DNA from: Candidatus Bathyarchaeia archaeon
GTDB taxonomy: Archaea; Thermoproteota; Bathyarchaeia; Bathyarchaeales; Bathycorpusculaceae
DNA: 64,000 nt
Direction of reading: 5' to 3'
NCBI GenBank assembly: GCA_038727135.1
Contig: JAVYWL010000004.1
Span: 32,001 to 96,000 of the forward strand
Part shown: positions 19,250 through 29,457 of the stretch, one piece after another
Position numbering within the stretch: position 1 is the stretch's first letter
Layout of the letters: every line of letters begins with the position of its first letter
Notes under the pieces: model-generated
Databases searched by the model: none
Seen by the model: only the letters and a program-made list of their open reading frames with translations
What the model was told of the DNA's origin: nothing
Program-made: the position numbers and the translations under genes

Positions 19250-20335
19250 TTGAAGGCATTAATTTTGGCCGGGGGATTTGCAACCAGACTTAGACCACTA
19301 AGCTGCACAAGACCCAAAATTCTATTCCCAGTTCTTAACAAACCACTTTTAGAGTGGACCCTTGAAAGCCTCTCGAAAAGCGGGATAAAAGAGGTGATAT
19401 TGGCGGTTAATCATCAAACAGCCTTCCACATAAAGAACTCCAAATTTTCCAAGGGTGGAATGAGAATCACCTACTCATACGACCCTCCAAAACAGCCCCT
19501 CGGAACCGGCGGCGCAATAAAACACGCTGAAGAATTCTTAGGAGACGACAATTTTCTAGTTGTAAATGGCGATATCTTCACCAGCCTAAGTTATGCCGAG
19601 ATAATTAAGAAACATCAAGAGAAAGCCACAATTGCAACAATAGCCTTATGCACTGTTAAAGATCCAAGCCGATACGGGGTTGCAGAACTCGACGATAACG
19701 GCAGAATAAAACGTTTCATCGAGAAACCTCCACCGGGAATGGCTCCATCAAACCTTATAAACGCCGGAATATATGTCCTCAGTCATGAAATTTTCAAATA
19801 CATCCAGACCGGAAGAAAGGTTTCTCTTGAACGTGAAGTATTCCCAAAGCTGGCAGAGGAGGGCAAACTTTTTGGCTACGTGTTTGCTGGCTTGTGGACA
19901 GATATTGGTAAAGCCGAAGATTATTTGGAGATAAACAAAATTCTATTGGACAGCCTTCGTGGAAGACTGAAAAACGTGATGAGAGGCGGTGGGCAGGTAA
20001 ACGAGCCAGTATTCTGTGATGAAAGTACTACGATTGAAGACGGTTCAACTATCGGGCCGTATGCTGTTCTAGGCAAAAATGTCACCGTTGGAAGAAACGT
20101 TTACATAAAAAATTCCATAATCTTTCCCGGCGTTTCAATATCAGATGATTCTTTTATAAATGGGACTATAATTGGCGAAAACGCCATTATCGGCAGAGGG
20201 GTTAAAATTAGCGGGAACTGTGTAATAGGCGACTGTGCGGTTATAGGGGATAACGTCTCATTGGCTGAGGGGGTTTCAATCTGTCCAGCGAAAGAAGTTT
20301 ACCGAGACGTGTCAGAGGCAAAATGCATCATTTAA
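19250..20335 (+). CDS. NDP-sugar synthase (mannose-1-phosphate guanylyltransferase-like)
   Basis: LAGGFATRLRPL, PLGTGG, EKP, hexapeptide-repeat C-terminus. Confidence 0.9.
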   Translation: MKALILAGGFATRLRPLSCTRPKILFPVLNKPLLEWTLESLSKSGIKEVILAVNHQTAFHIKNSKFSKGGMRITYSYDPPKQPLGTGGAIKHAEEFLGDDNFLVVNGDIFTSLSYAEIIKKHQEKATIATIALCTVKDPSRYGVAELDDNGRIKRFIEKPPPGMAPSNLINAGIYVLSHEIFKYIQTGRKVSLEREVFPKLAEEGKLFGYVFAGLWTDIGKAEDYLEINKILLDSLRGRLKNVMRGGGQVNEPVFCDESTTIEDGSTIGPYAVLGKNVTVGRNVYIKNSIIFPGVSISDDSFINGTIIGENAIIGRGVKISGNCVIGDCAVIGDNVSLAEGVSICPAKEVYRDVSEAKCII

Positions 20336-20347
20336 TGAGGGTAAGCT

Positions 20348-21724
20348 ATGCTAGGCCAAAGGAGACTGTTTGGAACCAACGGAATCCGTGGGCTCGTTAA
20401 CAAAGAGTTAACGCCGGAGCTTGCAATTACTATTGGAAGCGCAATAGGCACATACTTTAATCATGGGGATTTGCTTGTTGGGTACGATGCCAGAACAAGC
20501 AGCCCCATGCTTGCAAAAGCCATAATATCAGGTTTAAATGCCGCTGGCTGTGATGTGCTTTTTGCAGGAATGGCTCCCACGCCAGCATTGCAATATACTG
20601 TTAAAAAGCACAAGCTTGACGGTGGGGTAATCATAACTGCTTCCCATAACCCGCCAGAATATAACGGGATAAAAGTTGTATGGAATGATGGAATAGAAAT
20701 TGCACGGGAACAAGAAATCGAAATTGAAAACATATTCTTTGATCATAAGATTCGCCTCGTGGCGTGGGACAAAATAGGGGACATGCAAACGCTCGCTGGA
20801 ATTATTGAAGAATATGTTGAAGCCATAAAGGGACATGTGGACACAGCCAAAATAGCCAATAAACACTATCATGTTGTCGTTGACGCTGCAAACAGTGTTG
20901 CAGCTCTAGCGGTTCCCAAACTTCTTAGGGAACTTGGCTGTCGCATCACAACCATAAACGCAAACATTGACGGAACATTCCCGGCTAGATCGCCTGAGCC
21001 TCGACCAGAAAACCTTGGAGATTTAGCCTCTACGGTCAAGGCTGTGGGTGCTGACCTAGGTGTCGCTTTTGACGGTGATGCTGACCGCTCAATCTTCGTT
21101 GACGAGAAAGGGGAGATCCATTGGGGCGACAAAACCTTCGCCCTCGTTGAGAAACACTTTCTGCTAAAAAATCGGGGCGGAAAAATTGTCTCGCCCATAA
21201 GTTCATCAACTTTGGTAAAGGATATCGCCGATGCTTACGGCGGGGAAATTGTCTGGACAAAAGTTGGAAGCGTCATAGTCTCCCATACAATGAAAAAATT
21301 AGGCGCAAAACTTGGCGGGGAGGAAAACGGCGGAATCTTTTATGGGCCTCATCAGCCAGTCAGGGATGGCGCAATGGCCACGGCCTTAATTTTGGGTATA
21401 ATGGCAGAAACTGGCAAAAAGCTTTCAAGCCTTCTCGCCGAACTGCCCAAATACTTTATCGAGAAAGGCAAGGTTGAATGCCCCGAACAGCTTAAAGAAA
21501 AAGTTTTAGAAAAACTCATCGAACAGACAAAGGGGCTAAACATAAACACCATCGACGGCGTCAAAATTTGGTTTGAGGATAAAAGCTCCATACTTGTTAG
21601 ACCAAGCGGAACAGAACCACTATACAGACTTTATGCAGAGGCGAAAACGAGAAAGAAAGCCCTAAAGCTTGTCCAAGACTTTAGTTTAAAACTTAAAAGG
21701 ATGATCGACAGCTTAAAAGTCTAA
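20348..21724 (+). CDS. Phosphohexomutase (PMM/PGM/GlmM family)
   Basis: FGTNGIRG, TASHNP, DGDADR, GEENGG, RPSGTEP. Confidence 0.93.
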   Translation: MLGQRRLFGTNGIRGLVNKELTPELAITIGSAIGTYFNHGDLLVGYDARTSSPMLAKAIISGLNAAGCDVLFAGMAPTPALQYTVKKHKLDGGVIITASHNPPEYNGIKVVWNDGIEIAREQEIEIENIFFDHKIRLVAWDKIGDMQTLAGIIEEYVEAIKGHVDTAKIANKHYHVVVDAANSVAALAVPKLLRELGCRITTINANIDGTFPARSPEPRPENLGDLASTVKAVGADLGVAFDGDADRSIFVDEKGEIHWGDKTFALVEKHFLLKNRGGKIVSPISSSTLVKDIADAYGGEIVWTKVGSVIVSHTMKKLGAKLGGEENGGIFYGPHQPVRDGAMATALILGIMAETGKKLSSLLAELPKYFIEKGKVECPEQLKEKVLEKLIEQTKGLNINTIDGVKIWFEDKSSILVRPSGTEPLYRLYAEAKTRKKALKLVQDFSLKLKRMIDSLKV

Positions 21725-21761
21725 ACCAGCATATGTACTTCTGCAACTCGGAGAAATCGGA

Positions 21762-23117
21762 ATGTTATTAACAAAATCCACAGAGGCCAAAGCCTCGGAA
21801 CAGCGAGACGAAGGGGCAGTTAGCATAGTGGGTTGTGGACGTTTAGGCCTTCTTCACGCCTGTCTTTTTGCCGAAGCTGGCTTTAGGGTTATATGTGTCG
21901 ACAGCGGCCAAGCTACTATAGAGCGTATACAAAGAGGCAAAGTTCCATTTTTGAAGCATGAAGTGGAGCCAATCCTCCGAAAAAGTCTGACCAGCGGAAG
22001 GTTAAAAGCTACCACTGATTTGAAAGCCGCATTAGCCCAAAGCAACGGCATATTGGTTACCACTCCAGTTGTTGTAGATGATAAAGGTAAGGTAGACTAC
22101 TCCCCACTAGAAAAAACTCTAAAGTCCATAGGCCCATGCCTTCGCAAAGCAACATTAATTGTCATCACAAGTGTTGTTGGAATAGGCATAACGGAGGGGC
22201 TCCTTAAAGAGATTCTTGAAAGTTCCTCCGGATTTAGGGCTGGTTCGGACTTTTACTTGGCCTATAGCCCGATCCTTTTTCCGGAAAGACAGACGCTTAA
22301 GGGGCTATCAAGTTGTAGGCGAATCGTTGCCGCTTCAGACAGAGCTAGTTTAGAGATGGCACTAAACCTCATAAAATCGATAACAAGCACAGAGGTCGTC
22401 GCAGTTCAAGACGTGAAGATAGCTGAAGCCGCCGCACTTTTCGAAGCCGCCTTCCAAAATGTTAATTCTGCGTTGGCTAGTGAGTTTGCTTTTCTCTGCG
22501 AGAAGCTTGGCATAGACTACCTCGCGGCTCGCAACTTTTTAGGCTCTAATGCTGGCACACATACGCAACAGCCATCAACAAGCGAGGCACTTAAAATATT
22601 GCTGGAAGAAGCTGAAAACCTCAACGTGAAACTCCGCATTCCAGAAACAGCCATAGGACTAGATGAAGAAGTTTTAAGGCGTGAAGTTGAGCTGGTTCGA
22701 GATGCACTTAAAAGCTGCGGAAAACCATTACGAAGAGCAAAAATCGCACTGCTTGGATTTTCCCAAACACCAAACACCGCAGACGCTCCAAAGGAATCTG
22801 CAAAGAAAATTGTTGACATGCTAGCAAATAAGGGAGCAAAATTAACACTTTACGACCCCTACATATCTTGGAAAGGCATAACAGACCTAGAGCATGCGCA
22901 ACCTAAAAAAAGCTTAATCGAAGCCGTTGAAGGCGCAGACTGCATAGTGATACTGGCAGCCCACGAACAACTTAAACGGCTAAATTTAAGAAAGCTTAAG
23001 CTTTTAGCAAAAATGCCGGCGGCAATCGTAGACCTTGAAGGCGTTTTGGACCCCTTGAAAGTTGAGGCTGAAGGCTTCATATATCGTGGTTTTGGAAGGG
23101 GAGTTTGGAAGAAATGA
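21762..23117 (+). CDS. UDP-sugar dehydrogenase-like protein, apparently lacking catalytic residues
   Basis: GxGxxG Rossmann motif and three-domain layout present; GGxC and catalytic Lys motifs not found. Confidence 0.8.
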   Translation: MLLTKSTEAKASEQRDEGAVSIVGCGRLGLLHACLFAEAGFRVICVDSGQATIERIQRGKVPFLKHEVEPILRKSLTSGRLKATTDLKAALAQSNGILVTTPVVVDDKGKVDYSPLEKTLKSIGPCLRKATLIVITSVVGIGITEGLLKEILESSSGFRAGSDFYLAYSPILFPERQTLKGLSSCRRIVAASDRASLEMALNLIKSITSTEVVAVQDVKIAEAAALFEAAFQNVNSALASEFAFLCEKLGIDYLAARNFLGSNAGTHTQQPSTSEALKILLEEAENLNVKLRIPETAIGLDEEVLRREVELVRDALKSCGKPLRRAKIALLGFSQTPNTADAPKESAKKIVDMLANKGAKLTLYDPYISWKGITDLEHAQPKKSLIEAVEGADCIVILAAHEQLKRLNLRKLKLLAKMPAAIVDLEGVLDPLKVEAEGFIYRGFGRGVWKK

Positions 23118-24061
23118 AAAAACTTGGAGTCGCCGTTATAGGAACAGGGTTCTGGGGCAAAAATCACGCAAGAGTTTTCACCGAACTGGAAGAAACAGAG
23201 CTTCTGGCTGTTTGCGACATTGACGCTAAAAGGGCAAAGACCGTCGCCAAACAATTTGGCATTAAAGCCTACACTAACACGGCGAGAATGCTGAAGAGAA
23301 AAGATATAGATGCTGTCAGCGTCTGCACATGGTCAACAAGCCTCGCAAAAGAGGCTTTAAAGGCATTAAAGGCTGGAAAGCATGTTTTGGTTGAGAAGCC
23401 TATGGCCGCCAACTCAAAACAGGCGGAAACTTTGCTGAAAACAGCGGAAAAAGAAGGCTTACACCTTTCTGTTGGCTTTTTGATGCGTTTTATTCCTGGG
23501 CTTCAGTACATTAGAAAGGCTATTGAAAGCCAAGATATAGGCGAACTTGTTTGCGCCACCGCAAAAAGAGTTTCAGAGTGGCCTGAAAGAGTGGGAGACA
23601 TTGGGGTGGTGAAAGACTTGGCCATTCATGACATTGACGTGATGCGCTACTTGTTTAGCAATGACCCAGTGGCGGTTTATGCAAAAACTGGGAATATGAA
23701 ACATAGGAAGTTTGAGGATTACGCCCACATAATGCTGACTTTCAAGCATGGGAAAAACGCCTTCATAGAGGCAAATTGGCTAACCCCCTACAAAACAAGA
23801 GTACTTGTGGTGACCGGAAGCAAGGCCATAGCAAAACTAGACTACATTACACAAGAGCTGACCATAGAAACAGCGGAGAAAACTGTCCAACCAAGAATCC
23901 CATGGCAAGAGCCCCTAAAACTTGAACTTCAACACTTTGCAAGATGTATCTTGGGAAAGGAAAAACCATTCATAACCGGCTGGGATGGCTTAAAGGCTCT
24001 AAAAATTGCCGAGGCTGCACTTAAATCATCCAGAACAGGCAGACTTGTTAGGCTTAAGTAG
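23114..24061 (+). CDS. Gfo/Idh/MocA oxidoreductase (UDP-GlcNAc 3-dehydrogenase-like)
   Basis: GTGFWG, VEKP, DLAIHDID; ATGA overlap with upstream gene. Confidence 0.9.
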   Translation: MKKLGVAVIGTGFWGKNHARVFTELEETELLAVCDIDAKRAKTVAKQFGIKAYTNTARMLKRKDIDAVSVCTWSTSLAKEALKALKAGKHVLVEKPMAANSKQAETLLKTAEKEGLHLSVGFLMRFIPGLQYIRKAIESQDIGELVCATAKRVSEWPERVGDIGVVKDLAIHDIDVMRYLFSNDPVAVYAKTGNMKHRKFEDYAHIMLTFKHGKNAFIEANWLTPYKTRVLVVTGSKAIAKLDYITQELTIETAEKTVQPRIPWQEPLKLELQHFARCILGKEKPFITGWDGLKALKIAEAALKSSRTGRLVRLK

Positions 24062-24064
24062 GCT

Positions 24065-24340
24065 CTATTTCCCTTTCAGGTTAAAGGGTCTCCCTTCAAA
24101 GAGAATCTTCTCTGGGATCTTTTCCCTCCATTTTTTGAGGAAGGGTGAGTCCTCATTTTCTTTACGCAGTTCATCCGGAAGCATTTCGGGTATTTCATCA
24201 CGGATTGGATACCATCTTAGGCATTTTGGACAAACAATTAAGCCTTCAACAATTTCATCTTTTTCCTCAAAAACATAAAGCTCCAGCGGATAGTGCTTGT
24301 CGATGGGACACGCGAGAATTTCCATCAATTTCCTTTTAAT
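24065..24340 (-). CDS. Trm112 family methyltransferase activator
   Basis: LMEILACPIDKHYPL...CPKCLRWYPIRDEIPEMLPD; possible ATT start at 24340, otherwise TTG 24328 or ATG 24325. Confidence 0.88.
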   Translation of the reverse strand: MKRKLMEILACPIDKHYPLELYVFEEKDEIVEGLIVCPKCLRWYPIRDEIPEMLPDELRKENEDSPFLKKWREKIPEKILFEGRPFNLKGK

Positions 24341-24390
24341 TTTTCATTCCTCCTTAACCAAAATTTACATGATGTGAGCTTATAAAAGCA

Positions 24391-25275
24391 TTAAGTCGCC
24401 TTTAAAATTGCTGGCGTACGCGCGCGGCTTGTTGTTTTGATGTCCAAGACGATTTGGTACCAGTTTGGACCAGTTGTGCGAACAATCTTGCCAAAGGGGA
24501 TTTCAAATTTCACTCCCAACTCTTCAAGTCTTTTTGAAACCTTAACCTTAACCTTTTCAACAGCGTTTTCCTCTTTTGCGGCGTGTTCAAAATCATAATA
24601 ATGTATCCATCCTTTTCCATCTTTCAGGGCTAAGAGGGCGTAGGGCAAATACTCAAAGGCTTTTTCCGGCAGTGGCATCAAAACCCTATCGGCTATGTTA
24701 TGGAGAATTTTTTGGATAATTTCTTTTGCGTCTCCTTCTATTGGGATAACTTTTCCAAAGGCTCTATTTAGCCTAACATTTTCTTTCATGTATTGGATGG
24801 CTATGGGGTTTATGTCTATTGAATAAATTTTTGAGGCGTTTGAATGTTTGGCGATTACCAGCGAGAAGCATCCCACCCCGGCAAACATGTTCACGACAGT
24901 TTCTCCATACTTAACAAGTTTGGCAACTCGCATTCTCTCATAAAAAAGTCTGGGAGAAAAATAGCACTTGTCTACATCCACTGAAAAAAGGCATCCAGAC
25001 TCCTTGTGAATGGCTGTCGTCCTTTTTTCTCCAGCTACATGCTCCAATTTCCGAAGCCTATAATCTCCATGAACCGGGCCTACCTGCGCCAAAACAGTTC
25101 TAACATTTTTATGAATTTTCATAACAGTCTCGGCGATGATTTGGCTATATTTTCTGGATTTTTCAGTTAGGCGTATTATGGCTATGTCTCCAACAATGTC
25201 GTAGGAGTTGTAGATGTTGGATAATTCCTCCGGAGGAATAATTCCAGACAAGAGCGTCTTTAAACGCTTTTTCAT
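24391..25275 (-). CDS. Trm5/Taw2-family tRNA methyltransferase
   Basis: YDIVGDIAI, YFSPRL, NMFAGVG, DINP, DRVLMPLP. Confidence 0.88.
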   Translation of the reverse strand: MKKRLKTLLSGIIPPEELSNIYNSYDIVGDIAIIRLTEKSRKYSQIIAETVMKIHKNVRTVLAQVGPVHGDYRLRKLEHVAGEKRTTAIHKESGCLFSVDVDKCYFSPRLFYERMRVAKLVKYGETVVNMFAGVGCFSLVIAKHSNASKIYSIDINPIAIQYMKENVRLNRAFGKVIPIEGDAKEIIQKILHNIADRVLMPLPEKAFEYLPYALLALKDGKGWIHYYDFEHAAKEENAVEKVKVKVSKRLEELGVKFEIPFGKIVRTTGPNWYQIVLDIKTTSRARTPAILKAT

Positions 25276-25355
25276 CGCTAGTCCTCGCTACGATAATAGT
25301 GGTATTGGAAATGCTTAAAAGCAAAAACCCCTTGTAATGGGAAGGGTGGCGCATT

Positions 25356-25523
25356 ATGGAGAAAATAACAACTGGAATCGTTTACGAGTGCCTACGTTGT
25401 GGAGCAAAGGTTTCTACGGAGGAGCTTGAACTTCGTGGCGGAGAAATAAAATGCACAGTGTGCGGCTACCGCGTTTTGAAAAAGATTAGGCCGCCTGTTG
25501 TTAAGCGTGTCCAAGCCAGATAG
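25356..25523 (+). CDS. rpoP: RNA polymerase subunit P (Rpo12); absent from ORF track
   Basis: Manual translation: MEKITTGIVYECLRCGAKVSTEELELRGGEIKCTVCGYRVLKKIRPPVVKRVQAR. Confidence 0.92.
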   Translation: MEKITTGIVYECLRCGAKVSTEELELRGGEIKCTVCGYRVLKKIRPPVVKRVQAR

Positions 25524-25585
25524 TGTTCAATAGGCTATTTTAAGCACGTGGTTCGAAAGTTTAGGCTCTTTTAATCTGGTTCAGT

Positions 25586-25873
25586 TTAGAACAGTTCTCT
25601 TTCTCCTATCTTGCGGAGGGCTCTTCCTCGAAGCTTTATTGCTGGTCCAACAACTTCTTCCGGCTGTTTTTCAGTTGTTTTTCTTTTGACGGTTTCTCCG
25701 CATATTCCTCTCGGAAGAAGTCTTCTTTTTGTGCAGAGGGCATACGAGCAGTTTGCCACGTTGCAGACGTCCTCGGTCCAGCGGCACCAGACTCCGTTTC
25801 GGCGGTAAACCGCGGCATTTTTGCCACACTTGAAGAGTTCACATGTGGGAGAACACATCTTTACCTGCGCCAA
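25586..25873 (-). CDS. Small Cys-rich basic hypothetical protein
   Basis: Eight Cys (CSPTC..FKC..WC...C...C...C...C); likely TTG start 25873. Confidence 0.7.
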   Translation of the reverse strand: MAQVKMCSPTCELFKCGKNAAVYRRNGVWCRWTEDVCNVANCSYALCTKRRLLPRGICGETVKRKTTEKQPEEVVGPAIKLRGRALRKIGERELF

Positions 25874-25987
25874 TGTGGATACAACCTTTCCAATTATTCT
25901 AAAATTTCGGTTTCCACAGTCTTTCTTGTGATATGTTCCGCAACATTTTGATATAAAGTTTTTCCCATAAGACTCAATATTCAAACT

Positions 25988-28087
25988 CTAGCCTGAAACT
26001 TTGCTTGGTTTAAGCCGTTTTCTTCTAACAATCTCTATTATTGCAATTAGCACTATCGTGGCAATGATTAATAAGGTCATGGCAAACTGAGCTGTGTCAA
26101 CCAGCGAGCCTGCCAGAACAACATATTTTCCCAGTTTAATCAAAATCGGATTTGAATAATCTCTTTTCTCGTTGACGTAAGTGGTAAGGGTGGCTTCCGG
26201 TAGGTTTTGATTTGTCAAGTAAACTTTTATTGTCATTGTTCCGCCAATTTCTCTAAAACTGGCAACGCCATCAGCCCTCGTGATGCTTGAATTTATTTTG
26301 ACACCCTTTCTTTCCAGGGTTACGTTCGCGTTTGAAATTGGCTGCCCAAAATAGTCAACAACTTTTACGCATATCGGTAAGTTATAAAGGGTGCAGCGAA
26401 TGGTCACTGTTCTGTTGTTAAATAATTCAACCGTCGTCTCATTTAGCAGTATTATTTTGTCCGAATAAACTTTAAGATGGTACTTCCCAAAAACGCAGTT
26501 AAAAGTTGCACTTCCGTTTTCGTCTGTATATTGCGTGTCACGTAGTCCTCCCATCAGCTCTTGCAGCTCTACCAAGGCATTTTCTATCGGCTTACCTTCC
26601 CAGTCAGTTACAGTGACATTTAAAATTCTTTCCGGGCAAACTATTGTAATGTTGTTCCATGCGCACAGTTCTAAATTGGCAAATGTGGTTTGGTAAAAAA
26701 TCTGCCCGTAACGTGAAGCGTTCAATTTATAGGAGGCATTTAGTAAGAAGGAATGCTGTTTTGCGGTCCCCGTTATGTCCGTTTGGAATGAGACTGTTTC
26801 ATTGGCAGATTTTCTTCCGTCAAGGTCTGTTGTGAAATTATAGTAAAGCCTTATAGACACGAATGGAATTTTTATTCCTCGAGCGCTGACCACCGTTATG
26901 TTCAGGCTTGTAAGCTGGCATGTAAAGTTCAGTGTTAGGCTTTCGTTTTCTATGCTGAATGTTAAGGCTTGGCCAACTTTGACTTTTTTGAAGTAAGCTG
27001 TGGCGTTGTATTCGCCCCTTTCCAGCTGTTTGGTTGCGACGCCGCTTCTATTACTTGTGACGTTGTAGGTTTCGTTTGCCCACTTATCATATATTCTTAC
27101 GAGAACGTCGGGCACCGGTTCATCGGCAAGGTTGCGTGGCACAATTTCCGTCTTAAAACCTGGAACCGCAAATGTTTGTGTGTCATTTACCGCTTTCACC
27201 TTTACCTTTGGCGTAATAGTAACGCTATAGTTTCCAATGAGCATTTTTATTGGTACAGGCCAACTCGCGTCGACCACACCATCTGTGACATTCCATGGAA
27301 ACTCGTCGATTTTTTCACCTTTTTCTGATTTTATTGTAATGTTAACCTTGTCAAGTGATGAGTAGCCAACAGCCCAAATCTTCATCATGTCATTTCTATG
27401 ATATTCCGCGAGGTCTGTCAACCCTATGAAAAACGTGTCGGACGCCAATGTTCCATTAAAGCTAACCGTGTATGTTCCAGTATAGTTTGTGTGAGCATTT
27501 CCAAACGGATATACGATTGTTGCATTTCCAATTCCCGTATCCGTCGTGTTTGAAAGTTGGATGTTCCTTGAGTATATCTCGTTAGCAGGTGTTTTCACTG
27601 TTATGTTTGCGGAGTAAACCATGTTTGCTTTTCCTCCGGTTATGCTTATTGAAATGTTAACCGTTGCGTTTTGTTGTAGTTGTCTTGGATATTCGGGCTT
27701 GCTGACTTTGAGGATATAGGCAGTTTCAATAACGAACCAGGAAGTGTCGGCGATGTTTGCAGTTTTGTCCAGTAATGTCAGCGTATAATTTCCGCTGGGA
27801 AGGACTGGAACTGTGAATGAGGCGCTCACATTATTTCCGAATGCTGTTCCGTTCACCACTAGGGTGTTATTAAACAGGATTTGGTACCACCCGTCTGTTG
27901 TGTTTATTGTTCCAGTAATGTGAACTGTTTCTCCAACTTTTCCTCGATGGGTTGTAGGCGTAACGGAAGTAATTTTTACGTCAACCGCATTTACGCGTGG
28001 AGAAATTATTTGCGCGAAAATTGTTAAGGTTAACAAGGCTATCAGCGTGATTATAATAGTCTTCTTTTTCAAGCTGCTACTCTCCAA
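25988..28087 (-). CDS. Large membrane-anchored surface protein with Ig/carboxypeptidase-regulatory-like beta-sandwich repeats
   Basis: Signal peptide, repeated V.D..G.PI.NA.V.L motifs, many NxS/T sequons, C-terminal TM helix followed by RRKR. Confidence 0.8.
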   Translation of the reverse strand: MESSSLKKKTIIITLIALLTLTIFAQIISPRVNAVDVKITSVTPTTHRGKVGETVHITGTINTTDGWYQILFNNTLVVNGTAFGNNVSASFTVPVLPSGNYTLTLLDKTANIADTSWFVIETAYILKVSKPEYPRQLQQNATVNISISITGGKANMVYSANITVKTPANEIYSRNIQLSNTTDTGIGNATIVYPFGNAHTNYTGTYTVSFNGTLASDTFFIGLTDLAEYHRNDMMKIWAVGYSSLDKVNITIKSEKGEKIDEFPWNVTDGVVDASWPVPIKMLIGNYSVTITPKVKVKAVNDTQTFAVPGFKTEIVPRNLADEPVPDVLVRIYDKWANETYNVTSNRSGVATKQLERGEYNATAYFKKVKVGQALTFSIENESLTLNFTCQLTSLNITVVSARGIKIPFVSIRLYYNFTTDLDGRKSANETVSFQTDITGTAKQHSFLLNASYKLNASRYGQIFYQTTFANLELCAWNNITIVCPERILNVTVTDWEGKPIENALVELQELMGGLRDTQYTDENGSATFNCVFGKYHLKVYSDKIILLNETTVELFNNRTVTIRCTLYNLPICVKVVDYFGQPISNANVTLERKGVKINSSITRADGVASFREIGGTMTIKVYLTNQNLPEATLTTYVNEKRDYSNPILIKLGKYVVLAGSLVDTAQFAMTLLIIATIVLIAIIEIVRRKRLKPSKVSG

Positions 28088-28209
28088 CGCTCCAAAGTTT
28101 GTTGAGGATGTGAAACATTTACTATGAAGGGGACATTTTAAACTTTACCTTTTAAAGGCAACCCATTTAAGCAGTTATTGTTTAAAGTTTAGCGCATGCG
28201 AGGGTTTCT

Positions 28210-29391
28210 ATGATTAGCGAAATACTGGCTCTCGTTAGGAAACATGAGAATTGGCGCGGGAAAGAATGCCTAAACCTTATCCCATCAGAGAACATCATGA
28301 GCCCAGCAGTGCGTGCTCTCCTCAGCTCTGAGCTTGGTCACCGCTACACCGCCCGGAACCGCTTTTACATGGGCACAAAATTCATGGATGAGATTGAGCA
28401 GTTCGGCGAGGAACTGGCGAAAGACATTTTTGGGGCTGAAACCGCTGATTTGCGTCCGATTTCTGGGCATATTGCCGACATGATTTTTGCTGCTTGTTTT
28501 TCCAAGCCAGGCGACACGCTTATGTGTGTTTCGCCAGAGGATGGAGGCTACCCCGGATTATGGCAAGACGGGTTAGCCGGTCTTTTAGGTTTAAGAGTAG
28601 CTCCATTTCCCTTTGTTAAGGATGCCATGAACATTGATGTTGAGAAAGCCAAAGAAACCATTAGGCTTGTAAAGCCAAAGCTTCTGATTTTCGGTGCAAG
28701 CCTCATAACGTTTCCCCATCCTCTTAAAGAGTTAGCTGATGCTGCTCGTGAAATTGGCGCGTGTGTTGGTTTTGATGGCTCCCATGTTTTGGGACTTATT
28801 GCAGGAAAACAATTTCAAGACCCGTTGGGAGAGGGCGCATATGCATTATTTGGTTCTACGCACAAATCCTTCTTTGGACCACAAGGCGGCATAATTCTGG
28901 CTGATAAAAAGCATGGCGAAGCGATGAAGACAAAGATTTATCCTAGATTTGTGGACAACGCTCATTGGAACCGAATTGCAGCATTAACTTTGGCTCTTGC
29001 TGAAATAAAGGAGTTTGGCAGAGGATACGCCGAGCAAGTAGTCCGCAATGCAAAAGCTTTAGCCAAAAACTTGCACGCGTATGGTTTCCCAGTTAAATGC
29101 CCCCATTTAGGCTTTACCCAGTCTCACCAAGTTATCCTAGACTATGGAAATTATGAGCGGGGTAGAGAGATAGCCGAAAAACTTCAGCGGGTAAACATAA
29201 TCGTCGACTGCGTCATAAGGCTTGGAACATGCGAAGTTACAAGGCGCGGAATGAAGGAGGAGGAGATGGCGAAAATAGCCGAGCTTATTAAAAGAACAGT
29301 TTTTGACAGAGAAAATCCAGAGATAATCAAGCGCGAGGTTATAAAATTATGCTCGGAATTTCAGAGCATTGAATACTGTTTTAAGCCGTGA
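28210..29391 (+). CDS. glyA: Serine hydroxymethyltransferase (archaeal type)
   Basis: LNLIPSEN, DGSHVLGLIAG, STHKSFFGPQGG, RLGTCEVTRRGM. Confidence 0.92.
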   Translation: MISEILALVRKHENWRGKECLNLIPSENIMSPAVRALLSSELGHRYTARNRFYMGTKFMDEIEQFGEELAKDIFGAETADLRPISGHIADMIFAACFSKPGDTLMCVSPEDGGYPGLWQDGLAGLLGLRVAPFPFVKDAMNIDVEKAKETIRLVKPKLLIFGASLITFPHPLKELADAAREIGACVGFDGSHVLGLIAGKQFQDPLGEGAYALFGSTHKSFFGPQGGIILADKKHGEAMKTKIYPRFVDNAHWNRIAALTLALAEIKEFGRGYAEQVVRNAKALAKNLHAYGFPVKCPHLGFTQSHQVILDYGNYERGREIAEKLQRVNIIVDCVIRLGTCEVTRRGMKEEEMAKIAELIKRTVFDRENPEIIKREVIKLCSEFQSIEYCFKP

Positions 29392-29457
29392 GAAAGGCAC
29401 TTTTATAAAACTGTCCAAGTTTTTAACGTGTGGAAAAGCCTCCATGTGGCGTCGGCT

